DNA of 64,000 nt from an uncultured bacterium (GTDB lineage Bacteria > Zixibacteria > MSB-5A5 > UBA10806): the NCBI GenBank assembly GCA_965541585.1, contig CBEUCH010000010.1, positions 32,001 to 96,000 of the forward strand, given 5' to 3'. Both the position numbers and the translations under genes were made by a program. Positions 46,827 through 57,296 of this stretch are shown piece after piece. The notes under the pieces were generated by a model. It ran no database searches, was not told the origin of the DNA, and saw nothing but the letters and a program-made list of their open reading frames with translations. Position 1 is the stretch's first letter, and each line of letters begins with the position of its first letter.

Positions 46827-48829
46827 CGAAAGATACTTTTGAGAATAACCAGATAGATAACAAACTAAAGCGGCAGGGCAAGGGGTCGCGTAAGCAGCCC
46901 CCCAAGGAAACTCCTCCCGATGGAGGAGGGCCTGGTCTCAACTGGCAGAAAACCGCCAAGACGATGGCGTTCTGGGCAGTTGTGATTCTGCTTTCATTCT
47001 GGGCGTTCAACTATTATTTCGGGCCCGGCAGGGACACTGTTGAGATATCCTATACTGAGCTTCTGGCCCAGATCAAAAACGGCAACGTGATGAATGTCAC
47101 CTTTGAGGATCGAAAGGTTTCGGGGGAGTTCAAAGCGGAATTCACAAAGGTCGTCAACGATCAGGAGGTCACCGGCAGCAAGTTTACCAGCATGATACCG
47201 TTCACCGGCGATGATAAGCTTCTGGAGTTGATGGAGGAGAACGACGTATTGATCGAGGCCAAGGCCAGCTCCAGCTGGGGAAGCCTGCTGACTTATTCGT
47301 TACCCTGGCTTTTCCTGATATTTTTCTGGCTATTTATGATGAGGCAGATGCAGGGCGGCCCGAAGGGGATTTTCTCGTTCGGGAAATCCAAGGCCCGCCT
47401 TTTAACCGGTTCCCGACCGAAGGTGACATTCGACGATGTAGCCGGTTGCGACGAGGCAAAGCAGGAATTAGAGGAGATCATAGATTTTTTAAAGGATCCG
47501 GCCAAGTTTCAGAAGTTGGGCGGTAAGATTCCCAAAGGGGCCTTAGTGCTTGGAGCGCCCGGCACCGGAAAAACACTTCTGGCCCGGGCAATCGCCGGAG
47601 AGGCACAGGTGCCGTTTTTCTCGATGTCCGGATCCGATTTCGTTGAGATGTTTGTGGGTGTGGGGGCCTCGAGAGTGCGCGATCTATTCGAACAGGGCAA
47701 GCGAAACGCACCCTGCATCATCTTTATCGATGAGATTGACGCCGTGGGAAGGCATCGTGGCGCCGGATTGGGCGGCGGACACGACGAACGTGAGCAGACG
47801 TTAAACCAGCTTTTAGTCGAGATGGATGGATTCGAGTCAAATGAAGGTGTCATACTGATAGCGGCTACCAATCGCCCCGACGTCTTGGATCCGGCGCTTT
47901 TGCGCCCGGGCCGGTTCGACCGTCAAATAGTCGTGGACCAACCGGACGTTAAGGGCCGTGAGGGGATACTGAAAGTCCACGCCAAGAAGATAAAAGTAGG
48001 CGACGATGTCGATCTCAAGATCTTGGCGCGTGGTACGCCTGGGATGTCGGGCGCCGACCTGGCCAATCTCGTCAACGAAGCGGCGCTGCTAGGGGCGCGG
48101 AAGAACCGTTCAGCTGTAACCATGGCGGATTTCGAGGAAGCCAAGGATAAAGTCATGATGGGAACCGAGAGGAGATCTTTGGTGATCTCACCCGAAGAGA
48201 AAAAAACCACCGCTTTTCACGAGGCGGGACACGCTCTGGTTGCCAAGCTGATACCGGGGTCGGATCCTGTTCATAAGGTAACGATTATCCCGCGTGGATT
48301 GGCTCTTGGTTTAACCCATTACCTGCCGATAGACGAGCGGCATACTATGTCCAGGGAATATCTCGAAACAAGATTGGTCCATTTGATGGGAGGTCGGGTT
48401 GCGGAGAAAATAAAATTCGATCACCTGACTACCGGCGCGGGCAACGATCTTAAGCAGGCAACAAATCTGGCCCGAAAGATGGTTTGCGACTGGGGGATGT
48501 CGGAGAAGATAGGGCCTTTGTCTTTCGGCAGTAAAGACGATGAGATTTTTCTGGGTCGCGACTTTGCCAGGAAACGGGATTATTCAGAGGCTACCGCGGA
48601 GGAGATCGATACCGAGGTCAGACGTATCGTACTTGAGGCTGAGAAGAAAGCCAGCGATCTTCTGACCAAAAATACCGCCAAACTTGAAAAGCTGGCTGAG
48701 GTTCTGCTTGAAAAAGAAATTCTGGACGGGAGTGAAATTGATGAGATCCTGAAAAAAATGGGTACTAAGAAGACGCCCGAGGCTGCCGGCGATACCGGCC
48801 GTTCCGGCAGGAAAAACGCAGGTGGATAA
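46823..48829 (+). CDS. ftsH: ATP-dependent zinc metalloprotease FtsH
   Basis: Two TM segments, [27 protein letters not shown]. Confidence 0.98.
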   Translation: MTKDTFENNQIDNKLKRQGKGSRKQPPKETPPDGGGPGLNWQKTAKTMAFWAVVILLSFWAFNYYFGPGRDTVEISYTELLAQIKNGNVMNVTFEDRKVSGEFKAEFTKVVNDQEVTGSKFTSMIPFTGDDKLLELMEENDVLIEAKASSSWGSLLTYSLPWLFLIFFWLFMMRQMQGGPKGIFSFGKSKARLLTGSRPKVTFDDVAGCDEAKQELEEIIDFLKDPAKFQKLGGKIPKGALVLGAPGTGKTLLARAIAGEAQVPFFSMSGSDFVEMFVGVGASRVRDLFEQGKRNAPCIIFIDEIDAVGRHRGAGLGGGHDEREQTLNQLLVEMDGFESNEGVILIAATNRPDVLDPALLRPGRFDRQIVVDQPDVKGREGILKVHAKKIKVGDDVDLKILARGTPGMSGADLANLVNEAALLGARKNRSAVTMADFEEAKDKVMMGTERRSLVISPEEKKTTAFHEAGHALVAKLIPGSDPVHKVTIIPRGLALGLTHYLPIDERHTMSREYLETRLVHLMGGRVAEKIKFDHLTTGAGNDLKQATNLARKMVCDWGMSEKIGPLSFGSKDDEIFLGRDFARKRDYSEATAEEIDTEVRRIVLEAEKKASDLLTKNTAKLEKLAEVLLEKEILDGSEIDEILKKMGTKKTPEAAGDTGRSGRKNAGG

Positions 48830-49385
48830 ATCTGCGATCGCAAAAGGAGTGGAGCTCATTCTGGACGGCCTGGAGCTCGATAGGAATTCCGAGGGATTGA
48901 AAGACACCGCAACTCGCGTGGCCGACTTTTATTCGGAATTTTTCGCCCGCGTTAAGGAAGATCCAAAAGCATCCCTGAAGTTATATCATGCCGAGAACCG
49001 CGATGAGCTCATAATAGCCCGTGATATATCATTTTTTTCCATGTGTGAGCATCATCTGTTGCCGTTTTTCGGTAAGGTGCACCTTGCATATATACCGGAA
49101 AATAATACCATCACCGGCTTCGCTCGCCTGATCAGGGTGGTGGAGCTTATCTCCCGCCGCCTCCAGATACAGGAGAGGATGACCACCCAGATTGCTGATA
49201 CGATTACAGAGGTTCTACATCCCAAAGGGCTGCTGGTCGTCGTTGAGGCTGAACAGTTGTGTCTAACCATGCGAGGTCTGCGCCAGCCGGGTATCAAGAC
49301 CGTAAGCTCGGCCGTAAGAGGCGCCCTGAGGAACGAAGCGACCCGCCAGGAAGCGCTGATACTCATAAAATCAACTCGAGATTAG
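48822..49385 (+). CDS. folE: GTP cyclohydrolase I (divergent motifs)
   Basis: [30 protein letters not shown] start; between ftsH and folP. Confidence 0.9.
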   Translation: MDKSAIAKGVELILDGLELDRNSEGLKDTATRVADFYSEFFARVKEDPKASLKLYHAENRDELIIARDISFFSMCEHHLLPFFGKVHLAYIPENNTITGFARLIRVVELISRRLQIQERMTTQIADTITEVLHPKGLLVVVEAEQLCLTMRGLRQPGIKTVSSAVRGALRNEATRQEALILIKSTRD

Positions 49386-49397
49386 AGCGGAGGGATC

Positions 49398-50228
49398 TTG
49401 TCTGCGACAGTCAACGGGATCGGCGAACGACCCTTGATTATGGGAATACTCAATGTGACGCCCGATTCTTTTTCTGAAAAAGGCAAGTTCTTCGATTCGC
49501 AGAAAGCAATCGACCATGCTGTTCTTATGGTCGAATCCGGCGCCGATATCATCGATATAGGCGGTGAATCAACCCGGCCCGGCTCGAGCGGCATAAGTGC
49601 CAGAGAGGAACTGAAAAGAGTAATTCCCATAATCGAAGAAATCGCCGATAAAGTGAAGATCCCGATTTCGATAGACACCGTTAAATCTGAAGTTGCCAGG
49701 CGTGCCCTTGACTCCGGTGCCAGTATCATAAATGACATCTCCGCTCTCAGAATCGACAAAAAAATGGGGAATGTAGCAGCCAAGTATGGTTCTTACCTTA
49801 TCCTTATGCATATGCGGGGCACACCCAAAGACATGCAGAATAACACCGAATATGATGATATCATAGGCGAGATCTCTCGATTCCTCGATGATGCCGCGCA
49901 AAAAGCGATCAAGGCGGGCGTGTCGGAGGATAAAATAATAATCGATCCCGGGATCGGTTTCGGTAAATCCGTGGATGGTAATTTCGTTATAATGAAAAAT
50001 CTGGATCGTTTTCTTAAGCTTGGTTATCGTCTGCTCGTTGGCGCTTCCAGAAAATCGTTCATCGGAAAGACACTCGATCTCGATGTTGACCAGCGGCTGG
50101 AGGGTTCCCTGGCCGCCGCCTGCTATGCAGTTCTAAACGGCGCGGATATAATCAGAGTACACGATGTTGCCGAGACAAAAAGGGCGGTAACCATTATGGA
50201 AAAAATCGCTACCGCACAGATGGCATGA
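49398..50228 (+). CDS. folP: Dihydropteroate synthase
   Basis: MGILNVTPDSFS, DIGGESTRPG, IDPGIGFGK, GASRKSF, IRVHDV. Confidence 0.97.
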   Translation: MSATVNGIGERPLIMGILNVTPDSFSEKGKFFDSQKAIDHAVLMVESGADIIDIGGESTRPGSSGISAREELKRVIPIIEEIADKVKIPISIDTVKSEVARRALDSGASIINDISALRIDKKMGNVAAKYGSYLILMHMRGTPKDMQNNTEYDDIIGEISRFLDDAAQKAIKAGVSEDKIIIDPGIGFGKSVDGNFVIMKNLDRFLKLGYRLLVGASRKSFIGKTLDLDVDQRLEGSLAAACYAVLNGADIIRVHDVAETKRAVTIMEKIATAQMA

Positions 50229-50989
50229 TTTTATTGAGAATCGGCTTTCTGAATTTTACCCTTATCGATCTCATCGATATCGTAATCGTGTCGTTTTTCT
50301 TTTACCGGGCCCTCTTGTTTCTCAAGGAAGCCAGGTCGATTCAATTAATCGTCGGGCTGTTCATGGTGCTGGCCGTAAGCTTCCTGGCGTTCTGGTTCGA
50401 ACTCGACATGGTCAAGTGGCTTTTTTCGAATATCCTGATAGCCGGTGTAATAATCCTGGCGGTAATATTTCAACCGGAGTTGAGGCGGGCGCTTACCAGG
50501 CTTGGACAAAGCCGTCTGGTTCGTTTGATCATCAATCCTGAGTTGAAGGGTAAAACGGATGCAATTGTCGCCGCCACACAGAAGCTCGCAGAAATGCATT
50601 ACGGGGCATTGGTAGTCCTTGAGCGAAACGTCAAACTGAAAAACATAATAGAATCCGGTAAACCGTTAAACTCCGACATCTCAAGCGAACTTCTGCAGTC
50701 GATTTTCACTCCCTATACACCTCTGCATGACGGCGCTGTAGTCGTAAGGGGAAATCAGCTCATGGCCGCCAATTGCACTTTGCCCTTATCGCAGAATCCC
50801 GCATATCATCGTCTTCATGGTATGCGCCACAAGGCCGGAGTCGGGGCCACAGAGGATTCCGATGCAGTCGTTGTTATCGTCTCCGAGGAGACCGGCCAGA
50901 TATCGTACGCGCACGATGGTCGCCTATACAGAGATATTGATCCGCATGAATTAGAGGATATCCTCTCGAAGTTTTTCGATAAGGGATAA
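50225..50989 (+). CDS. cdaA: Membrane diadenylate cyclase CdaA/DacA
   Basis: Three TM segments, FQPELRRAL, PLHDGAV, GMRHKA, VSEETG. Confidence 0.93.
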   Translation: MILLRIGFLNFTLIDLIDIVIVSFFFYRALLFLKEARSIQLIVGLFMVLAVSFLAFWFELDMVKWLFSNILIAGVIILAVIFQPELRRALTRLGQSRLVRLIINPELKGKTDAIVAATQKLAEMHYGALVVLERNVKLKNIIESGKPLNSDISSELLQSIFTPYTPLHDGAVVVRGNQLMAANCTLPLSQNPAYHRLHGMRHKAGVGATEDSDAVVVIVSEETGQISYAHDGRLYRDIDPHELEDILSKFFDKG

Positions 50990-50996
50990 CACCAGC

Positions 50997-51977
50997 TTGT
51001 TCGTTGACTGTGCCGAAATAGAACTGGCCGCCGGCGACGGCGGCAGGGGAGCCGTTAGTTTCCATCGAGAAAAATACGTACCCAGAGGAGGTCCGGATGG
51101 CGGCAATGGGGGAAAGGGAGGCGATATTTATGGCCGCGCTAACACCAATCTCTCCACGCTTCTGGATTTCCGATACAAAAAGAAATATCAAGCGCCTAAT
51201 GGACAGTCCGGAGGCAAGAACAATCGCACCGGTGAGAGCGGTCAACCACTGTATATCGATCTTCCCGTAGGGACTGTGGTTACCGACCTCGAAACAGGTA
51301 AGATCAAAGCTGATTTGAATGAAAACGGCAAGGTGGTCCTTCTCGTAAAGGGGGGCAAGGGCGGCCGGGGTAACGATAGCTTCAAATCGTCTACCAACCG
51401 GACTCCGAGATATGCAGAAGATGGAAAGCCCGGAGAGCGTTTGAAAGTATCATTGGAATTGAAAAGCATTGCCGATGTAGGTCTGGTCGGATTGCCGAAT
51501 GTCGGTAAGTCAACCCTCCTGTCGCGACTTTCTGCGGCCCGACCCCGAATAGCCGATTATCCGTTCACGACGAAAGTGCCTAACCTGGGGATCGTGCCGT
51601 TGCCGGGATACAGAAGTTTCGTCATGGCCGATATACCGGGTTTGATAGAGGGAGCCCATGCCGGCAAAGGGATGGGTATCCAGTTTTTACGTCATATTCA
51701 GAGGACGAGAATCTTAGTCTACCTGCTGGATATCTCATCGGATAATCCGGCAGGTGATCTGAAAACATTGCGGGCGGAAATGTCATCATTTGATCCAGGC
51801 CTTATCAAGAAGTCATCCGCCGTGGCCTTCAATAAGATCGACCTTGTAGGCGAGCGACCTCTGAGAAAGGATGAATATCAGATCGAGGACGATGAGGTAT
51901 TCTTTATCTCCGCTGCCACGGGGGAAAATGTTGACGATCTGTTGAATTATCTCGGTGAGAAGATTTTAGAAAAATGA
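50997..51977 (+). CDS. obgE: GTPase ObgE/CgtA
   Basis: Gly-rich Obg fold, GLPNVGKST, ADYPFTT, DIPGLIEGA, NKID. Confidence 0.97.
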   Translation: MFVDCAEIELAAGDGGRGAVSFHREKYVPRGGPDGGNGGKGGDIYGRANTNLSTLLDFRYKKKYQAPNGQSGGKNNRTGESGQPLYIDLPVGTVVTDLETGKIKADLNENGKVVLLVKGGKGGRGNDSFKSSTNRTPRYAEDGKPGERLKVSLELKSIADVGLVGLPNVGKSTLLSRLSAARPRIADYPFTTKVPNLGIVPLPGYRSFVMADIPGLIEGAHAGKGMGIQFLRHIQRTRILVYLLDISSDNPAGDLKTLRAEMSSFDPGLIKKSSAVAFNKIDLVGERPLRKDEYQIEDDEVFFISAATGENVDDLLNYLGEKILEK

Positions 51978-53065
51978 TGGACGAAAAAATTGCGATCTGG
52001 GCTCTGGCCGGATTAGATGGTCTGGGGCCGACGGGTATTAAAAGAATTATAGAGCATTTCGGATCGGCTGCCAGGGTTTTCGATGCCGGCAGGGATCAAC
52101 TCATTGCTTCGAAACTTCTCACGAAATCCATGGTTGGACAGTTAAGTAAAAAGAAAGGGGATTTGGAAACCATAGGGGATCTACTGGAGAAATCAACGCC
52201 ATCCGGTGCCCGATTTGTCTCGGTATCGGAACCGGAATATCCTGAGAAGTTGAAGAATATCAGCGACCCTCCACCATTTCTATATTTCAAGGGCAGCCTC
52301 GATATTTTTGATGGGCCTTCGCTGGCGATTGTCGGTTCGCGTCGTCCTACGGATTACGGTCGCAGAATGGCATCCAGGCTTGCAGGTGAGTTGGCATCAA
52401 CGGGAGTGTTGATCGTATCCGGCCTGGCGTTCGGGATCGACGCCATTGCTCATCAAGCGGCGCTCGAGGCGGGAGCCAAGACCGCCGCAGTCTTCGGCTG
52501 TGGTCTGGATTATATTTACCCTCCTGCACACTCTACTCTGGCTTCGAGGATAATCGAATCAGGCTGTCTGCTCTCTGAGTTTCCGAAAGGTACGCGGCCG
52601 GAGCGCTTTAATTTTCCGGTGCGGAACAGGATCATATCCGGCCTGACCGATGGTGTTCTGGTGGTGGAGGCGGCGGAGAGGTCGGGCGCCCTCGTCACGG
52701 CTAATCTGGCCCTGGAGCAAGGCCGGGAGGTGATGGCGATTCCGGGTAGCATCGAGAGTAAATCCAGTTTCGGGCCCAACGATCTTATAAAGCAAGGCGC
52801 CGTGCCTATAACCTCGATAGAGGATATAATGGCAAATTTCGGATGGCATAAATCGGAGGTTCTCTCAAGACCCGATCGCGACTTATCGGTTCTCAATACA
52901 AATGAGCGGGCGATATTTAGCCATATTTCTGTTCAACCTGTTCATGTAGACGAACTTGGCAGGAAATCGGGTCTAAGCCCGCCCAGAATGTCCGAACTTC
53001 TCTTGAATTTGGAGATTAAAGGTTTTATCATGCGGAAACCCGGGAATTACGTGATAAAAGCCTGA
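51974..53065 (+). CDS. dprA: DNA-processing protein DprA
   Basis: DPPPFLY, AIVGSR, VSGLAFGID, FPVRNRIISGL, VVEAAERSGAL. Confidence 0.96.
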   Translation: MMDEKIAIWALAGLDGLGPTGIKRIIEHFGSAARVFDAGRDQLIASKLLTKSMVGQLSKKKGDLETIGDLLEKSTPSGARFVSVSEPEYPEKLKNISDPPPFLYFKGSLDIFDGPSLAIVGSRRPTDYGRRMASRLAGELASTGVLIVSGLAFGIDAIAHQAALEAGAKTAAVFGCGLDYIYPPAHSTLASRIIESGCLLSEFPKGTRPERFNFPVRNRIISGLTDGVLVVEAAERSGALVTANLALEQGREVMAIPGSIESKSSFGPNDLIKQGAVPITSIEDIMANFGWHKSEVLSRPDRDLSVLNTNERAIFSHISVQPVHVDELGRKSGLSPPRMSELLLNLEIKGFIMRKPGNYVIKA

Positions 53066-53331
53066 TGGTCGAACTTGAGATAACAATATTGAATAAGCTG
53101 GGATTACATGCGCGACCGGCTGCACAACTCGTTCAAAGAGCATCAGGTTTTAAATCCGAGATCAAGTTGAAGAGGCACAATCTTGAGGTTAATGCGAAGA
53201 GTATAATGGGTGTGATGATGCTGGCGGCGGAGCTGGGATCGAAGATAACGATCATAGCGGAAGGCCCGGATGAGAAGGAAGCTGCAGAAGCCGTAGCGCA
53301 GGTAATTCAATCTAAATTCGGTGAGGAATAG
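53065..53331 (+). CDS. ptsH: Phosphocarrier protein HPr
   Basis: GLHARPA (His15), NAKSIMGV (Ser46). Confidence 0.96.
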   Translation: MVELEITILNKLGLHARPAAQLVQRASGFKSEIKLKRHNLEVNAKSIMGVMMLAAELGSKITIIAEGPDEKEAAEAVAQVIQSKFGEE

Positions 53332-53334
53332 AAC

Positions 53335-55119
53335 TTGGCGGCTGGTGGAGAAGTAATATATCGAGCGGTTCCGGCGTCGCCCGGGATAATCATAGGTTCG
53401 ACGAGATCTCTTTCCAGAGACCTTGAGAACGTCTCTGCGGATAAGATAGCCGATCCCGAGATCGAGAAGGAGACTTTTCGAAATGCCATCTCTCAGGTCA
53501 AAAAGAGACTGGAGAAGACGGCGGCTAAGGTTTTCCAGAGGCTCGGTCCGGAGTATGCCAGAATCTTCGAGGCGCAGGTGATGATCGCCGGGGATGAGGT
53601 CTGGAACAAGAATGTCGAGAAACGAATTGAGAAAGAGAAAATCTGCGCGGAATATATATATCATAACGAATCGAAAAAGGTGATCAGACAACTGGGTAAT
53701 TCCAATGACGCCTATCTGAGGGAGAGGATCCAGGATATAGAAGCTGTCACGGGCCGGTTGGTAGGCAGGATGAGAGGCGAGAAACGGGTAATCCTGAAGG
53801 ATTTCAGGGGAGCGACGGTTCTTGTCGCCAGATATCTTACGCCCGGCGACATACTGGCATTATCAGTCAGGCGCAATCTGGGCTTTGCCACCGGCATAGG
53901 CGGGCCGACATCGCATACGGCGCTGATCGCAAAATCTCTCTCCGTGCCGGCGGTAGTGGGATTGGGGCGAATCGCCGAAGAAATCTCATCGGGACAAAAA
54001 GTAATTATAGATGGTTATAAGGGGCTGTTCATTGTAAATCCTTCGGGAAGCACAATCAAAAAATATCGTCGGCTTAAGGAATCCGAGAGTCAACTCAAGC
54101 GTCAGCTGGCTCAGCTAAAAGACAAAGCCGCAATAACCAAAGACGGTTTCAAGGTCGATATTCTGGCCAATATCGAGCTTCCGAACGAGGTCCCCAAGGT
54201 TATATCTGCCGGGGCGTCGGGTATCGGTCTCTACCGCACCGAGTATCTGTTTTTAACCCGGACGGAATTCCCTACCTTTGATGAACAATACAGGACTTAT
54301 TCCTCGATACTCAGGAGGATGGGGAAGAAGCCCGTTGTCATCAGAACCTTTGATCTCGGGGGTGATAAATTCCCGGGAGCTACGGGGAAATCGTATGAAC
54401 TAAATCCTTTTCTGGGGTGGCGGGCCATCAGGGTGTGCCTGGATCGTCCCGATATCTTCAAGATTCAACTTAAGGCTCTGTTGAAGGCATCGCGATGGGG
54501 CAACCTTTCAATTATGATACCCATGATCTCGAACTATGAGGAACTGGTAGCCACCAAAGAAATAATCGAAGAGTGTAAGCAGGAGCTTCGAAGCAAGCGA
54601 GTGAAGTTTAGTGAGAATATTCCCCTGGGGGTGATGCTGGAGGTACCATCGGCCGTGATGATAGCGGAGTACCTGGCAGACGAAGTCGATTTCTTCTCCA
54701 TTGGCACGAACGACTTAATCCAGTATACTATGGCGGTGGATCGCGGTAACGAGCTTCTCTCAAAACTTTATCAGACCTTCCACCCATCGATATTGTCCCT
54801 GATCAAATCCGCAGTCTCCGCCGCTCACGGACGTCGATTGAAGGTGAGCGTTTGCGGCGAGATGGCCGCCGACCCCATGGGCGCAGTTCTTCTGGCAGGT
54901 CTGGGAGTTGACGAGCTATCCGTGAGTTTTCAGTCGGTGGGGATCATAAAGAAGATAATCAAATCTATCAGTTATACCGGCGCCCGGCAGATTGCCGAGA
55001 ATGCGCTGAAGATGAGAAGTCAGCCGGAGATCGAGGACTATGTCAAAAGCGAGTTTGAGCTGCAATTCCCCGGGCTCAAACCCGTTTTCCAGTTTACAGG
55101 GCGGAACTCCGATGGATGA
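53335..55119 (+). CDS. ptsI: PEP-protein phosphotransferase (PTS enzyme I)
   Basis: TSHTA phospho-His, GIGLYRTE, RTFDLGGDK, NPFLGWRAIR, SIGTNDL, CGEMA. Confidence 0.96.
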   Translation: MAAGGEVIYRAVPASPGIIIGSTRSLSRDLENVSADKIADPEIEKETFRNAISQVKKRLEKTAAKVFQRLGPEYARIFEAQVMIAGDEVWNKNVEKRIEKEKICAEYIYHNESKKVIRQLGNSNDAYLRERIQDIEAVTGRLVGRMRGEKRVILKDFRGATVLVARYLTPGDILALSVRRNLGFATGIGGPTSHTALIAKSLSVPAVVGLGRIAEEISSGQKVIIDGYKGLFIVNPSGSTIKKYRRLKESESQLKRQLAQLKDKAAITKDGFKVDILANIELPNEVPKVISAGASGIGLYRTEYLFLTRTEFPTFDEQYRTYSSILRRMGKKPVVIRTFDLGGDKFPGATGKSYELNPFLGWRAIRVCLDRPDIFKIQLKALLKASRWGNLSIMIPMISNYEELVATKEIIEECKQELRSKRVKFSENIPLGVMLEVPSAVMIAEYLADEVDFFSIGTNDLIQYTMAVDRGNELLSKLYQTFHPSILSLIKSAVSAAHGRRLKVSVCGEMAADPMGAVLLAGLGVDELSVSFQSVGIIKKIIKSISYTGARQIAENALKMRSQPEIEDYVKSEFELQFPGLKPVFQFTGRNSDG

Positions 55120-56170
55120 AATTGCAGATTTGAAAAAACGCCTCGATACTCAAAATATGTTCGGCCACATAAACAGCATGGCGGATCACCTGGAGGAAGG
55201 AATATCAATCGGGCAGAATGTGGATATGCGGAATATCGAGTCTGAGACTTTTAATGCCCTGGTTCTTTCGGGGATGGGGGGTTCGGCCATTGCGGGTGAT
55301 ATAGCGCGAAGCTATTTATCCGACAAGATTCAGATTCCATTTCTTGTACAACGTCATTATCGCCTACCGGAATTCGTAGGTAGAAAAACCCTGGTTATCT
55401 GCTCTTCCTATTCGGGCAACACCGAGGAGATTTTATCGGCTTATAACGACGCCGTATCGAAAGGGGCGAAGCTGATTGTCATGACTACGGGCGGTGAGCT
55501 CGGCGCAAAAGCCGGGACGGATAGAGTACCGGTAGTAAAGATCCCCGACGGTTTGCCACCTCGAGCGGCGTTAGGATATTCTTTCGCTCCGCTTTTAACG
55601 CTTATCTCCCGGCTGGGCCTGTGCGAATCTCCCGCACAGGAAATACGTCAGGCCGCTGCGGCTATGAGAGACCGTCTTAATCGTTATATGCCTGAGAGCA
55701 AGGGCAACACATCCCTGGCTCTGGCAAGAGAGATTCATGGTACGATTCCGGTGATCTATGCGGGTCAGGATCATCTGGATGCGGTAGCCTGGCGCTTCAA
55801 GGGACAAATAAGCGAGAATGCCGGCTGTCTTGCCTTTGTCAATGTTTTCCCGGAGTTCAATCACAATGAACTGGTTGGCTGGGATGAATTGTATGGCCTC
55901 GATAAGAAACTCACCGTCATAATGCTACGGGATGACGGAGATCATCGCCGCATAAAGGCGCGCATGGATATTGTCTCGCAATACCTGGAGACCAGGGGAA
56001 ATAAGGTGGTCAATCCTCAGGTTGAAAACGGAGAAGGACTGGCCAGGATATTTCTCTGGATTCAATATGTTGATTTTGTGAGCTACTATCTGGCTTTGCT
56101 CAACGGTCTGGACCCTACTCCAGTAAAGGCCATAGATTACCTGAAGGAAAAATTATCGGAGATAGATTGA
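55112..56170 (+). CDS. Bifunctional phosphoglucose/phosphomannose isomerase
   Basis: GMGGSAI, SYSGNTEE, PRAAL, WRFKGQISENA, PEFNHNE, C-terminal DPTPVKAIDYLK. Confidence 0.92.
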   Translation: MDEIADLKKRLDTQNMFGHINSMADHLEEGISIGQNVDMRNIESETFNALVLSGMGGSAIAGDIARSYLSDKIQIPFLVQRHYRLPEFVGRKTLVICSSYSGNTEEILSAYNDAVSKGAKLIVMTTGGELGAKAGTDRVPVVKIPDGLPPRAALGYSFAPLLTLISRLGLCESPAQEIRQAAAAMRDRLNRYMPESKGNTSLALAREIHGTIPVIYAGQDHLDAVAWRFKGQISENAGCLAFVNVFPEFNHNELVGWDELYGLDKKLTVIMLRDDGDHRRIKARMDIVSQYLETRGNKVVNPQVENGEGLARIFLWIQYVDFVSYYLALLNGLDPTPVKAIDYLKEKLSEID

Positions 56171-56177
56171 GGTTATC

Positions 56178-57149
56178 ATGAAAGCCATAATTCCAGCCGC
56201 CGGCATCGGAAGCCGGCTCAGGCCCCATACCCATACCGCGCCCAAGGCGCTTCTGCATGTAGCGGGAAAACCGATCTTAGGGCATATCCTCGACGAGCTT
56301 CTCGCTTTCGGCATTGATGAAATAGTAGTTGTGGTCGGGTTTCTGGGGGATAAGATAGTCGAGTATGTTAAGAAAAATTATGACATCCGCGCCAGCTTCA
56401 TAACTCAAAAAGAGCTGAATGGCCTGGGGTGGGCGATCTATATTACCAAGGAGCACATAGCCGAGGAGCCTATCCTCATAATTCTCGGCGATACCATATT
56501 CGAAACCGATTTAGGGGACGTGTTGGCTGGACAATTCGACTCCATCGGGACAAAGATTGTTGACGACCCCAGACGCTTCGGGATCGCGGAGACCGACGGT
56601 CAATTCATAACCGCGTTGGTTGAGAAACCCGAAAAGCCCAAATCGAACCAGGCGTTGGTGGGGATATATTATATAAAATCGACCGACCTGTTTTCCCGAT
56701 GTCTGGAGGAGATGGTAGCAAAAAAAATTACTACCCGCGGCGAATACCAGCTTACCGATGCATTGGGATTGATGATCAAGCACGGGTGCAATATAACCAC
56801 CTTCAATGTCGATGGTTGGTTTGATTGCGGTAAACCTGACACTCTGTTGTCCACGAATAGATACCTTTTATCGCAGATAGAGTCTGTCGATAAACGTCCG
56901 GGCAGTATTCTCCTGCCGCCTGTATTCATCTCGCCGTCGGCGATTCTGGAGAATTCCGTGGTTGGCCCTAATGTCTCGGTTGGGGACGAGGCCAGAATCG
57001 TCCGGTCGATAGTCAAGGATTCGATTATATCAGAATGCGCCGAGGTGACCGATTGTCTCCTGGAGCAATCCCTCATAGGTAATAACTCCGTCATATCCGG
57101 ACAATTCAGGAGGGCCAATCTCGGTGATTCCTCTGAGATAAAGTATTAG
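56178..57149 (+). CDS. Sugar-phosphate nucleotidyltransferase with C-terminal beta-helix
   Basis: PAAGIGSRLRPHT...PK, VEKP, GEYQLTDAL, WFDCGKP; hexapeptide-like tail. Confidence 0.9.
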   Translation: MKAIIPAAGIGSRLRPHTHTAPKALLHVAGKPILGHILDELLAFGIDEIVVVVGFLGDKIVEYVKKNYDIRASFITQKELNGLGWAIYITKEHIAEEPILIILGDTIFETDLGDVLAGQFDSIGTKIVDDPRRFGIAETDGQFITALVEKPEKPKSNQALVGIYYIKSTDLFSRCLEEMVAKKITTRGEYQLTDALGLMIKHGCNITTFNVDGWFDCGKPDTLLSTNRYLLSQIESVDKRPGSILLPPVFISPSAILENSVVGPNVSVGDEARIVRSIVKDSIISECAEVTDCLLEQSLIGNNSVISGQFRRANLGDSSEIKY

Positions 57150-57224
57150 ATTTCATGCTTCCCCCCGGATATAGCGAAGCGTTCTCATAAATAGAATATA
57201 GCCCGCATTAAGCATGCAAATAGC

Positions 57225-57253
57225 TTGCAATATGAATCTGCTTTTAATAGATT
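57225..57253 (+). promoter_or_regulatory. sigma70-type promoter of metK-ahcY
   Basis: TTGCAA-N17-TAGATT. Confidence 0.5.
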
Positions 57254-57296
57254 GCCCGTCACCGCCAGGGTGCGGATGAGTATATTTGGAGGAGAA

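Noticed and set aside
51974..53065. dprA as evidence of natural competence
   Set aside because: dprA is widespread in non-competent bacteria, and no com or pilus genes are in the window.
57150..57296. Possible SAM riboswitch upstream of metK
   Set aside because: There is only a small hairpin with alternative pairings and a short TGCAA-N5-TTGCA inverted repeat. I could not match SAM-I/II/III/V or SAM-SAH consensus elements, and the predicted leader is very short. An Rfam scan would settle it.
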